A stretch of DNA of 64,000 nucleotides from a virus (lineage: Duplodnaviria; Heunggongvirae; Uroviricota; Caudoviricetes). Every line of letters starts with the position of its first letter. Positions within the stretch are counted from its first letter, which is position 1. Shown here in pieces: positions 54,145 through 63,605 of the stretch. Where the stretch lies: the IMG/VR virus record IMGVR_UViG_3300005918_000016; one strand, given 5' to 3'. The notes below the pieces were generated by a model. That model did no database searches. It was not told the DNA's origin and saw only the letters and a list, made by a program, of their open reading frames with translations. A program made the translations under genes and the position numbers.

Positions 54145-55572
54145 AACCTGCTGGAATGTAACAGGCATCAAGTTTGAAGCTGTGCCGCTGCCAGACGAAT
54201 CTGATCCAACGGTAGTAAACCTCCGGCCCAACGGTAAGGGCTCGATTGACGACCGCTCTAATCGCCCGAATCCCAAGGAACTGGTCCGCTTAACACGGAA
54301 TCGCTCTCTCAGCACTCGTTTTACGCCTCTCGGATGATCGTTAGTACCGATGTGTTCGTCTCCAGAACGTCTGAGCACACCAGAACTTCCCACCCAATCA
54401 GCATGAGCTTTCCTGCCGCACGAGCGGCAATGGAACCTTGTTGAATTTCGGTTTCCTCGATGAACATAACCACAAGAAGGACACTCCTGCGAAGTATAAG
54501 CTGGGTTCACCTTCTCAACCGGAGTCTTCCTTTCCAAGTTGACTTGTAACGCCCTGTAAGCAAACCTCTTTTGACCCCGACAACCTCGAAGATCAAGATC
54601 CTCAACCACGAACACTGTCTTAGGATGACGAACGATAAGGGTGTTTACTACACGACCCGTTTCTGTTTTGATCAACCCACTCAGTTTGCTCTCAAGGTGG
54701 TCCAACTTTGGACTGTTGTCCTTTAAGTCCTGTCGTTGGCGATTTGCTCTGAGATTCCTGACACGAGCGTAGAGTTTATCGAACTTGAGTTTGACGTGTT
54801 CACCATAGGTCACGCCATCTGATGTAGCTGCGAGCACATTCAAACCAACGTCCACACCCAACTTAGGCCAACCTTCCTGTGCTTCAGGAACAATCCATTC
54901 GTCCTTGCTGACCGCCTCAAAACGCCAAAAGCCTCGCTTGGTCTTGCGGGCTGAAACACCTTTGCTAACTTGGTCAGCCTGCTGGATGTAAGGATTCCCA
55001 ACGAGAGGTAACCAGACGGACTTGCGAGGTTCTAACGAAGACACCCTCAGCCAGAAATCCCCGAGAGGAGCTTTAGTTGTGTCTTCCAATCGAGCCGTCA
55101 TTTCTGACAACATCATGGGCAGGTTGTCCCTTACGATAGGCTTATTGCCTCCGTATGTGTCCAGCAGAACGTGGTAGGCGTCGAGGTGGTCTTGGGTAAT
55201 GAATTTCCATGGCTTACTGATGGATTTTAATCCAATGGTGTAGAGTGCTTTGGCGTCTTGTTCGGTAAGGGTACCATCGTGTTTGAGATTGGTGATAGTC
55301 GGCTTCAATTTGCGAGCGTAAGTGGCCTTGGCCCAAGCGCTCACGATCTGGATGGCGTGGTCTCGTGCGATCTTTTCGATTTGGGATGTAAGGTTGGTAG
55401 CTCGTGGAAAGAACGTCTGTTTGGCGGACTTCGGGAGATTGTGGGTTCGCTGGTCGAGCATTGTTTGTACGCAGATACGGACATACTTGACGTAGACTTT
55501 GTGCAGGGCTTCCAACTTATCGATTTTGGACGGGTTGGTGTCCTTGTGAAGTCGAAAGATGCGACACTTCAT
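54106..55572 (-). CDS. tnpB: TnpB (RuvC-like, zinc finger)
   Basis: About 90% identical to the 34067-35491 protein; all RuvC/ZnF motifs intact. Confidence 0.85.
   Translation of the reverse strand: MKCRIFRLHKDTNPSKIDKLEALHKVYVKYVRICVQTMLDQRTHNLPKSAKQTFFPRATNLTSQIEKIARDHAIQIVSAWAKATYARKLKPTITNLKHDGTLTEQDAKALYTIGLKSISKPWKFITQDHLDAYHVLLDTYGGNKPIVRDNLPMMLSEMTARLEDTTKAPLGDFWLRVSSLEPRKSVWLPLVGNPYIQQADQVSKGVSARKTKRGFWRFEAVSKDEWIVPEAQEGWPKLGVDVGLNVLAATSDGVTYGEHVKLKFDKLYARVRNLRANRQRQDLKDNSPKLDHLESKLSGLIKTETGRVVNTLIVRHPKTVFVVEDLDLRGCRGQKRFAYRALQVNLERKTPVEKVNPAYTSQECPSCGYVHRGNRNSTRFHCRSCGRKAHADWVGSSGVLRRSGDEHIGTNDHPRGVKRVLRERFRVKRTSSLGFGRLERSSIEPLPLGRRFTTVGSDSSGSGTASNLMPVTFQQVLRNGDVLIHKGL
54133..54430 (-). 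ncRNA. omegaRNA-like scaffold
   Basis: Conserved block at the tnpB 3' end/right end. Confidence 0.55.
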
Positions 55573-55646
55573 TTACTAACCTCTGATTCCTGTTTCAAAC
55601 AGGAATAGTTAGATTTTAGCAACTAAATCGGGTGCTGTCAAGTACC
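54133..55646 (-). mobile_element. TnpB-only IS200/605-like element (IS1341-type organisation), full length
   Basis: Left end GGGTACTTGACAGCACCC... at 55634-55646 (minus), right end ...GGAACGGT at 54133; no tnpA. Confidence 0.7.
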
Positions 55647-55756
55647 CTTACAAGGAAGACGTGGAGAACGACTCCACGCCCGTGTGAATGTGTAAAGACT
55701 GTCGGGACATGGTAGCATAGGAGGTCTGATGTCAGAAGTCAATACACAGCCCAGCC

Positions 55757-55785
55757 CTTGACTTTAGAACGATCTTCCTGCACAA
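55757..55785 (+). promoter_or_regulatory. sigma70-like promoter TTGACT-N17-CACAAT
   Basis: Lies 23 nt upstream of the ATG at 55809, next to the IS left end. Confidence 0.35.
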
Positions 55786-55808
55786 TCCTTATGTAGGAGG
55801 AGGGCATC

Positions 55809-56045
55809 ATGTCACGCTCACGGAAGAAGACCCCGAAACAGACTATCGTTTGTTGTAATTCAGAGAAACTCTGGAAGCGGTATATGAACCGTCGTGTCCG
55901 TAGAGGGGCCACACAGCGCCTTCTCACTGACGGGGACGGGGACAACATCCCGGACCTGAAAACGCTATACGACCCCTGGTCTGGCCCGAAGGACGGCAAA
56001 CGTCGCTTCGACCCCGACGAGCACCCTGAAGACATGCGGAAATAG
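55809..56045 (+). CDS. basic hypothetical protein
   Basis: GGAGGAGGG RBS. Confidence 0.4.
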   Translation: MSRSRKKTPKQTIVCCNSEKLWKRYMNRRVRRGATQRLLTDGDGDNIPDLKTLYDPWSGPKDGKRRFDPDEHPEDMRK

Positions 56046-56072
56046 CTCCTTTGTGCCTGTAAGTCCCAACAG

Positions 56073-56100
56073 GGGATCATCTGTGACACCACCAGAGTAG
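56073..56100 (+). promoter_or_regulatory. GGGATCATC-N13-GAGTAG motif
   Basis: Exact consensus; AGGAGG; ATG at 56120. Confidence 0.55.
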
Positions 56101-56119
56101 CTGAGGGTAGGAGGTCACA

Positions 56120-56470
56120 ATGGGAGACATGCACGACCACGATGAGAGATTTCGGAACGGTGAACACCTCCGAGATGACGACTTAGAGGGCTATGCCCCT
56201 CGGAGGCCCAGCGGAACACGCCGACCCAAACACAAAGGCTGGGCCACTTGGCAGTGGGTCCTGTTCTCCGTGCTGGCTTTGGCCTGGGTCCTCTTCGCTT
56301 TTGGGCAATGGGTGGAACAATTCGGGGTCACATGGGCCTTCTTCGTAGACTATCTGGTGGTGTCCTTCAACTGGGCCTGGAAGACGTCCCTGCTGACGGT
56401 CGCTCTGGTGATCGGGTGGGCTGTCCTACGGGTGGTCATCACGGCGCTCGGGAAGCTCATCTACAGGTAG
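56120..56470 (+). CDS. membrane protein
   Basis: Motif plus RBS; TM helices. Confidence 0.45.
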   Translation: MGDMHDHDERFRNGEHLRDDDLEGYAPRRPSGTRRPKHKGWATWQWVLFSVLALAWVLFAFGQWVEQFGVTWAFFVDYLVVSFNWAWKTSLLTVALVIGWAVLRVVITALGKLIYR

Positions 56471-56491
56471 GAACGTTTACGGACCGTTCTC

Positions 56492-57172
56492 CTAAACTGA
56501 CCCAATCGAGGACACAGGCCCCCCATCAGGGTTAGGTTCCTGCTTCATTGAGGATAGTTTCACTTGGTTCAGATGAACCAAGCCAGCGCTTTCCTCTCCA
56601 CAGGCTGTAACCGTCGAACTGACGGCCAAATTTCTTAAATTACAAGCTGCGTTCTCATCACGATCCTGTATGTGTCCACAGGAATCACAATGGAAAACAC
56701 GATCCCTCAAGGTTAATTTGTGCTTAACCTCACCACAAACCGAACACATCTTGGACGAGGGGAACCATCGATCTGCCTCTACGATTGTCCCACCGTGCCA
56801 AGCTACCTTGTACTTCAGACAACGAAGGAAGTTTCCCATCGTTGCGTCAGATAAACTTCGAGCCAGACAATGGTTTTTCATCATCCCTGACACATTCAAG
56901 GACTCGATCCCAACAATCACACACCGTTTGGCTATCGCAGTGGTGGCCTTATGAAGCGCATCCTTACGAACGCAGGAAATTCGATAATGTTGGCGGGCGA
57001 GACGATGCTTTGCTTTCCCCCGATTCCTCGATCCCTTCTTCTTTCTGCATACGTGAATGACCCAACCCAGGCCTTCCTGCCTGGTAGCTCCCTGAGAGCT
57101 GGTCGACAATTCACCATCAGAAAAAACATTGCAACACTGGCCACCCTGATCGGTGTAAAACTGAAATATCAA
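56492..57172 (-). pseudogene. tnpB: 5'-truncated TnpB remnant (RuvC-II, ZnF and RuvC-III present; RuvC-I missing)
   Basis: VGIESLNV, CSVCG...CDSCG, DRDENAACNL. The N-terminal ~200 aa expected for TnpB are absent. Confidence 0.6.
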
Positions 57173-57210
57173 CAGGCACAGAAATTCGAGGCCAAGGACA
57201 ACATTACCAT

Positions 57211-57834
57211 GTGCGAAATCACGGAATGACCACCGACGACGGCAAGCTCACGTCCGAGCAACGGGCCAACTGGAAACGGACCCTGAGCGCCTCTTTCGGG
57301 CTACCCTCCTGGTTCCTCACGGACAAGGATGTCCAGGAGTTCCGGGACAAGACCCAGCGGGAAGCTGATCAGAAGGCCCTGGAACGAGCCGCAAAGGAGG
57401 CCCTCACTCGCCAGGAAGCCTCCTGTACGGCATACAAAGTCGTCGTCAGTACTCTCCGGGGTGACTTAGAATCCTTTTCCCAGTACTCAGCCTGGGCCTA
57501 CAGCTACACCCCCGAGAAATGGATGAGCGCATTCCCTGGCTCAGGTCTTTTCGTGTTCGCCACCCAGGACCAAGCTATGAACTTTGCCAGCGCATCCATT
57601 TTCCGAAGTCAGGTTTGGGGGTGCGAGTGTGAAGGCCCAATGGCAACGCCGCCTATGGTCCTGGGCATGCTGTATTCCGATGTGCCCCTTCAGCGCTTCT
57701 GGTCCAATCACCATCTGGGGCTCCCGCAGCCGCTGGAACCCCACCTCATCAAACCCCCGGAGGGGACGCTGTTGTTCAAACGGGTCAAATTGATCAAGCG
57801 GCTCACCCCCCAGGCCAAACAAGGTCCCTTCTAA
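57211..57834 (+). CDS. AYKVV/GLFVF family protein with N-terminal extension
   Basis: TAYKVV...GLFVFAT...PPEGTLLFKRVKLIKRL. Confidence 0.45.
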   Translation: MRNHGMTTDDGKLTSEQRANWKRTLSASFGLPSWFLTDKDVQEFRDKTQREADQKALERAAKEALTRQEASCTAYKVVVSTLRGDLESFSQYSAWAYSYTPEKWMSAFPGSGLFVFATQDQAMNFASASIFRSQVWGCECEGPMATPPMVLGMLYSDVPLQRFWSNHHLGLPQPLEPHLIKPPEGTLLFKRVKLIKRLTPQAKQGPF

Positions 57835-58389
57835 CGCCCGGAGAGCCTCCCACAACTTGATCTCCGTGACCTTCCTGTCCCAGCAGTCAGGCAACTCTAC
57901 CCCCCCCCCGATCTGCAGCTCGTCCGTGGCGATACCATAGAGATCGTCATCGTTCTGAAGACACCCGACCCCACACTGCAGGCTCCAAACGGTTCCTTCA
58001 CTACCATCTCTCTTGGGGGCTTCCAACGTCTCAAAGGCGATGACCATCAGGTCACAACCCGACTGGACCTTCATCAGGTCGTCCACCTTGGACCGGAGGA
58101 GAGTTCCGACTGAGGCCACAATGTTCCGGGGGCTGGGGAACACCTTGTCCGTCACAATGATGGTGAACATCGGAAGGAGTACCCGCTTGTTCGGCTCTGG
58201 GATCTGAATCACCCCCACACCGTCATCCCCGATGGCCCACGCTGGAGTGCCCTGTACCTTCTCAAGGATCGGGACGGCTACACCGCTTGCCCGGATGTTC
58301 ACGTACTTCATGGACGCCCGTGGGGCGGACTCGACTCGGGGAGGGGTATCGAACCCTGGAGGAAATACAGCATTCGGTGGGTAACGCAT
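57541..58389 (-). CDS. hypothetical protein; the 3' ~290 nt overlap the convergent gene 57211-57834, so the extent is doubtful
   Basis: The ORF occupies the otherwise empty 57835-58389 interval. Confidence 0.25.
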   Translation of the reverse strand: MRYPPNAVFPPGFDTPPRVESAPRASMKYVNIRASGVAVPILEKVQGTPAWAIGDDGVGVIQIPEPNKRVLLPMFTIIVTDKVFPSPRNIVASVGTLLRSKVDDLMKVQSGCDLMVIAFETLEAPKRDGSEGTVWSLQCGVGCLQNDDDLYGIATDELQIGGGVELPDCWDRKVTEIKLWEALRALEGTLFGLGGEPLDQFDPFEQQRPLRGFDEVGFQRLREPQMVIGPEALKGHIGIQHAQDHRRRCHWAFTLAPPNLTSENGCAGKVHSLVLGGEHEKT

Positions 58390-58433
58390 TGGGGTCTCCT
58401 TTTGTCAGATCACTCTACCCCAGTCGGAACTGT

Positions 58434-58461
58434 TGGATCATCTGACACCGTCAGGGAGTAG
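58434..58461 (+). promoter_or_regulatory. TGGATCATC-N13-GAGTAG motif
   Basis: 13-nt spacer; AGGAGG; ATG at 58482. Confidence 0.5.
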
Positions 58462-58481
58462 AGGATGTCAGGAGGTGCCCT

Positions 58482-61073
58482 ATGCACGAAAAGATCCGCA
58501 AGTCCTTGATCCGCAAACTCATCCCCGATTTTCGCAACTGGCTCTACACGAAGGCCCGACAAGGCAAGGGACTGGCCGAGAAGACCATCACGTACTACCT
58601 GCTCAACCTGGATCGCCTCCTGAAGGTGCTCCCGGACCCGTTCACGATCGATGACGTGAACAAGGTAGTGGCGGACGACTGGGCCAGCCAAACGAGCAAG
58701 AACAAGCAGACGCATATGGCGTCCGTTTGGAGCAACCTCCAGGTGTTCCGTCTCACCCTGCTCCTGGCCAAGGACACGCCCCCGGCCATCTGGGGTGTGT
58801 CCCCCAAGACCGTCATCAACCGGCTCCCCGAGTACAGGATTTGGATGGAGGCGGGGGGGCTGCTCAAGCACGAAACGGTAGAGGAGTACCTGCGAATCGC
58901 ACACATCGTCCTGGGCTGTGTGACCAACGTCACGACCGAGAACCTGAAGGAGGCCCTGACCGGGCATCCTCTCCGTTACCGTTATGCCACACTCGGGCAG
59001 TCTGGGCTGCTGACATGGTGGAAGAACGTCACGGTAACCCCGGACACGGCAAGGCTCCCCGCCAACATCCCGACCGTCACCTGGGACATGCCCGAAGACT
59101 TCTCCGTCCCACTTGCCGCCATCCCGGCGTACAGGGAATGGCTGGTCAAGGAACAAAACTTCAAGTCCAGTTCCGTTCGGGTCTGGGTCAGTGCTGCGGA
59201 ACGCATGATCCACAAGGGCACCCCGATGAACATCAACACCCTCGTGCGTGCGACCTACATCAACTACTACGCCTGGATCGGCCCCTCCGGTTTCGTGCCC
59301 TTCTGGAAGCAGTATAACAAGCCGTCCGAGGTCACGGAACCGGATCCGATCCCTGCAAAGCCCAAGACGCCCAACAAGAACAAGGAGACCCCCTTGAAGT
59401 ATTGTCACCTGTTCCCGACCGAAGCCCAGGTAGCCCAGTCCCTGTCTGAGTACCCCGATTGGGTGGTGCGCCGGGGTTGCACCCCCAACACGGCGGAGGT
59501 TTACCGCAAGGCCCTCCGGCAGTTGCTGAAGACCGTCACGTCCTGGGACCAGGAAACCGTAAATAAGGCGCTCTCAGGAATGAAACAGACGCCCAACTAT
59601 GCCTGGAACGGAAACTACGGCTTCCTGGCCTTCTGGAACGAACGGAACGCCCTTCCGATCAGCCACCACCAGATCCAGTCGTTGACTCCCGCCTTCCGCT
59701 CCTGGATGAGGGAACAGGGTCACACCGAGCGGGTGGCTGGCGACTACGCCAAGGCAGTCCTTGGGCTGTCCCTTAAGGTCAAGTCCTTCAGCCCGACCGA
59801 CCTCGCCCCGGTGCTCAACAAGTCCAAGCACTACAGGAACGCCTGGAGAAAGTTCATGATCTTCTACCAGGCCCAGGACATCTCGGTCGAGGCCCCCACG
59901 AAGGCCACGCCGGTCCCCGAGCCTGAGCCGGTAACGGACACGCCCACCGACATCAGGAAGCCCACCAAGGCCGACGTCGAGGCCCTCAAGGGCGCATTTG
60001 AACTCTGGCTGAGCACAAGCCGCAAGCTCAGTCGGAAGTCGACCGGCAACCGTATGAGTGGACTCCGGCAGATCATCAAGCACTCCACCTCACCCACTTT
60101 GGATGACATCTACTCCGTGCTGAACATCCCAATGTCCAACTTCTACCGGGACGCTTGGCTCGGGGGCTCCGGCTTCATGCACTTCTGGACTGAATACAGG
60201 GACATTCAGACGCCCCTCATCGTCATGACGCCCCCGGTGGAGACGCCTGAACCCGCCGAGGCGCTCTCCAAGCCCCTGACCTGGGAGGGGGGCCTCAAGA
60301 CCGTGGCCAAGTCCCTCGACTCCAACTATGATCCCAAGGCAAATGCCAAGGAAATGGTCGACAGCATCATCAAGGAATGGTCGGAAGACAATGACTTGTT
60401 GAATGTCCTGATGACCCAGGCAGGTATCGAAACACCCCAGGACAGCACAATGGGCAAATGTTTCCAGCTTCTCCTGGATGCAGCGGAGGCCCCCAAACCC
60501 GAGACCACCCCGCAGTCCGATGTGTATGAACAGAGTTTCCGCACCCTGATCAAGACCATGTTCCACGGCAGCGCCCTCACTGACCCTACTGAACTGACTG
60601 AGTCCTTCCGTGACGGTTGGGCAACGGATTGGGCTAGACTCAACAACTGGATGGACGAAGCGGGAATCAACAGGGCGGATCCCCTCATCACACTCAGGGA
60701 GGCCATCCGCCTCCTCAAGGCCGACTGGGACTTCAAGTCTGTACCCCAGGACAACCCCTACAAGGACGCCCTGGTGCAGATCAGGAAGACCCTCAACATC
60801 ACCGGGGTCACCGACCCCCACGAGGTAGCGGAAAGTATCCGCAACACCTGGATGGTTCTCGAAACGCTGCTGACCGAGCTTCTGCACAAGGCCGGATGGT
60901 CCAAGGGGCAGACCCTCACCTTCCCCGAAGGACTTCGGTACCTCAAAAGGAACTGGCCTGACAGGGGTACCCCGGCCAACCTGACCCAGGAGATCCTCGC
61001 CGCACGTTGGCGGGAGACCAAGACCGGAACCGACCCCAAGGTGCTGGATGCACTCCTCGCCAAGCTCACATGA
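58482..61073 (+). CDS. 863-aa protein with >=5 tandem integrase-N/SAM-like repeats plus an acidic/alpha-rich C-terminal region
   Basis: Repeats (I/L)P(E/D)(Y/F)R.W(L/M)...T(I/V)..Y...GF(L/V)(A/P)FW. Confidence 0.5.
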   Translation: MHEKIRKSLIRKLIPDFRNWLYTKARQGKGLAEKTITYYLLNLDRLLKVLPDPFTIDDVNKVVADDWASQTSKNKQTHMASVWSNLQVFRLTLLLAKDTPPAIWGVSPKTVINRLPEYRIWMEAGGLLKHETVEEYLRIAHIVLGCVTNVTTENLKEALTGHPLRYRYATLGQSGLLTWWKNVTVTPDTARLPANIPTVTWDMPEDFSVPLAAIPAYREWLVKEQNFKSSSVRVWVSAAERMIHKGTPMNINTLVRATYINYYAWIGPSGFVPFWKQYNKPSEVTEPDPIPAKPKTPNKNKETPLKYCHLFPTEAQVAQSLSEYPDWVVRRGCTPNTAEVYRKALRQLLKTVTSWDQETVNKALSGMKQTPNYAWNGNYGFLAFWNERNALPISHHQIQSLTPAFRSWMREQGHTERVAGDYAKAVLGLSLKVKSFSPTDLAPVLNKSKHYRNAWRKFMIFYQAQDISVEAPTKATPVPEPEPVTDTPTDIRKPTKADVEALKGAFELWLSTSRKLSRKSTGNRMSGLRQIIKHSTSPTLDDIYSVLNIPMSNFYRDAWLGGSGFMHFWTEYRDIQTPLIVMTPPVETPEPAEALSKPLTWEGGLKTVAKSLDSNYDPKANAKEMVDSIIKEWSEDNDLLNVLMTQAGIETPQDSTMGKCFQLLLDAAEAPKPETTPQSDVYEQSFRTLIKTMFHGSALTDPTELTESFRDGWATDWARLNNWMDEAGINRADPLITLREAIRLLKADWDFKSVPQDNPYKDALVQIRKTLNITGVTDPHEVAESIRNTWMVLETLLTELLHKAGWSKGQTLTFPEGLRYLKRNWPDRGTPANLTQEILAARWRETKTGTDPKVLDALLAKLT

Positions 61074-61085
61074 CAGATTCAACAC

Positions 61086-61113
61086 TGGATCATCTGCTGC
61101 CGCCAGGGAGTAG
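61086..61113 (+). promoter_or_regulatory. TGGATCATC-N13-GAGTAG motif
   Basis: 13-nt spacer; AGGAGG; ATG at 61136. Confidence 0.5.
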
Positions 61114-61135
61114 ATGATCCAGTAGGAGGAACACG

Positions 61136-62833
61136 ATGAAACACCCGACCAGGAAACAAGTCAGGGCCTTCCAGCCCGAGTACGCTGAGTGGCTCCAGCA
61201 GATGGGCGTGGCCCCAAGGCGGATCAGAGCGAACACCCTGTGCCTTGACATGCTGCTCCGAGAAACACACTCGCCCTTTAACGAAAAAACCGTGGCCCTC
61301 GCTGTCATACAAACGACAGGCATAGGCCTTCAAGAAGCTTGGGCCACGTCCCAATTCAGCTTCCTGGCCTTCTGGAAGGACAAGACCGGACCCACTCCGG
61401 GTGACTTCCAGTCCCACAAGACCCGATTTTACAGTTGGTTACAACACGGGGACGACCCCAACGTACAGCGTTATAGCGAGCGGGTCACCACCGATACAAT
61501 GTATGCCCTTACGGGGCTGTCCCACAAGGGCAAATCGTTCCGGTCCTGTGACCTGGAAGAGACCCTCAACCGTTCCGGGCACTACAGGTTGGCCTGGAAG
61601 CGTTTCCTGAAGTTCTGGGACACCATCGACCAGCCCCCACTGGAACCCCCGGCAACGTCCCAACCGGCACCTCCGGCCCCCGTGAAGGCCCCGGAGCAGG
61701 CGGACACCTCCCTCCCTCCTCTGACCCGGTACAACGTCCTGAAAAACCTGACACGGTACAACAGGTGGCTGCAGGTGGCTGACGGGTTCGACACCACCAA
61801 CCTCCCCGCACGGCAATGGGCCATGGCGAGGATCCTTCGCCTGTGTCACTCCGAAAATATGGATGACCTCCCCCAGATCCTTGTAGAAAACGGCGACCTC
61901 CACGCTGTGTGGCACGGCATCGATTTCGGCTTCCTCACCTTCTGGGCGTTTCAGTATGGACCCAAGGACGCCTCCGAGGGGTCCACGGACCAGCCGAAAC
62001 CCCCCACCATGACCGAAGCCCTGGATGTCCTGGACGACTACGAGCGGTGGCTGAGGGTCTGCCACGGGTGGCGTCACAGCGCTGTAAGGGGACGATATCG
62101 GACCATGATGCTGGGCCTCAGCCGGTGCCAATCCGAAGACCTGTCCGACCTGTACCAGTTTACGAAAACGGACGACGCCTTCCACACGGCGTGGCACGGC
62201 ATCGATTTCGGCTTCCTCACCTACTGGAATCTCCGGCACGAGAAGGTCCAGATCCCGAAGACTCCCGTTACACCAATGGGCGTGTGGGAACAGTGCCTGC
62301 GCTCCGTGTTTCAAGCACTCAGCCCTGGCACCTTCCCCCCTAGCGACCCCCGCAAGTTGGCCGACACCATCAACAAGACCTGGGGGGAGACCCACGAACT
62401 GCTGTCCAAACTGCTCACCAAGGCAGGCGTCACGACCAAGATCATGACGGCCACCGACGCCCTCCATGCCCTTCTGGTGGTATGGCCGGAACCCGAGCAT
62501 CCCGAGACCGAGCCTACCCCGAGCGACGTGGCACACGACAGGGAGAACGAATCTACCAGGATGCCCACCAAGATTGATGTCAAAAGGGCGGTGGGGGACT
62601 ATCAGGCATGGCTGAAGGACATCCAGGGACTGAATACCACGGCAATCTGGGAATGCACCGTGGATCTCCAAGGGAGCGTCTGCGCCTGCTGCTCCCACGA
62701 TCTGGAAGATCTCCCCAGGATCAAGAGCGAACACAAGCCGTTCAAGGAAGCCTGGGACGGCCCCAATGGCTTCATGGCCTTCTGGAATGATCGCCGCCGG
62801 ACCCCAAAAGCGATCAAGAAAACGCCCCCGTAG
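61136..62833 (+). CDS. 565-aa tandem integrase-N/SAM-like repeat protein (>=5 repeats)
   Basis: Repeated ...Y..WL...(H/D)G..FGFL(T/A)(F/Y)W. Confidence 0.5.
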   Translation: MKHPTRKQVRAFQPEYAEWLQQMGVAPRRIRANTLCLDMLLRETHSPFNEKTVALAVIQTTGIGLQEAWATSQFSFLAFWKDKTGPTPGDFQSHKTRFYSWLQHGDDPNVQRYSERVTTDTMYALTGLSHKGKSFRSCDLEETLNRSGHYRLAWKRFLKFWDTIDQPPLEPPATSQPAPPAPVKAPEQADTSLPPLTRYNVLKNLTRYNRWLQVADGFDTTNLPARQWAMARILRLCHSENMDDLPQILVENGDLHAVWHGIDFGFLTFWAFQYGPKDASEGSTDQPKPPTMTEALDVLDDYERWLRVCHGWRHSAVRGRYRTMMLGLSRCQSEDLSDLYQFTKTDDAFHTAWHGIDFGFLTYWNLRHEKVQIPKTPVTPMGVWEQCLRSVFQALSPGTFPPSDPRKLADTINKTWGETHELLSKLLTKAGVTTKIMTATDALHALLVVWPEPEHPETEPTPSDVAHDRENESTRMPTKIDVKRAVGDYQAWLKDIQGLNTTAIWECTVDLQGSVCACCSHDLEDLPRIKSEHKPFKEAWDGPNGFMAFWNDRRRTPKAIKKTPP

Positions 62834-62841
62834 CAGTCGTC

Positions 62842-63303
62842 GTGTGGGAGAACACCTACCGGGACAACTGGGAAGGTTGGCACATGGCCCGGAAGATGCT
62901 GACCAGATACGAGGGGTGGCTCTCCTACCACGACGAACTGCGACCCTACATCAACTGGATCGACCAAGGCAAAGACCTGCCCCGACTCTCGGTCGTTACA
63001 ACCTACCCAAACCCAAGGATCGGGACGCTGAAGACCCAGGGGCGCAATGTCCCCGTCCTGAGTCATACCACGAGTAAAGACGGAGACCACCATCGCATCC
63101 ACCTGAGGACACGTCTGTGCCCCGGCACATGGCCCAGCTATGTCAATGAAAAGTTCAATGCCACGCTGACCATAGGAAACCAGCAGTGGGAAGGCCCATG
63201 GCGGGCCTACGAGGACTATGACACACCCTACAGCAACACCATCCGGTTAGACCCACCTACACAAAAGGCGTTAGGAATAGAACACCCCAGCCAGCCCACC
63301 TAA
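62842..63303 (+). CDS. hypothetical protein (start GTG at 62842 or ATG at 62884)
   Basis: ORF. Confidence 0.35.
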   Translation: MWENTYRDNWEGWHMARKMLTRYEGWLSYHDELRPYINWIDQGKDLPRLSVVTTYPNPRIGTLKTQGRNVPVLSHTTSKDGDHHRIHLRTRLCPGTWPSYVNEKFNATLTIGNQQWEGPWRAYEDYDTPYSNTIRLDPPTQKALGIEHPSQPT

Positions 63304-63605
63304 GCCCCCCACCTAAGCCCCTTCACCCCAATAAGGATACACAACCCGCAGAAGGACCAGAAACGCCCACACAAGGCCACGTGGGATCCCCTAAAAGCAT
63401 ATACAGCCAGTGTACCCAATCCCCTAGAACGTAAGACCACATGACAACAACCACAAAGTGATCGGAAATAGCCACTGAAGGCCACATGGGGGTTTATAGG
63501 GACGTATCCCTGACAATTCCAGCGATAGCCGGAACCGTCCCTGATAGGTCGGGCAATCGTTATAGAGGAAAAACCGGCAAAGTCCCTCCTTTTCACACCG
63601 TTTTC

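Noticed and set aside
4063-61113. Interpreting the recurrent motif as a canonical sigma70 -35/-10 pair or as a transcription terminator
   Set aside because: The hexamer spacing (14 nt from GATCAT, 16 from GGATC) is wrong for sigma70. There is no stem-loop plus U-tract. It sits upstream of, not after, genes, including the first gene of runs.
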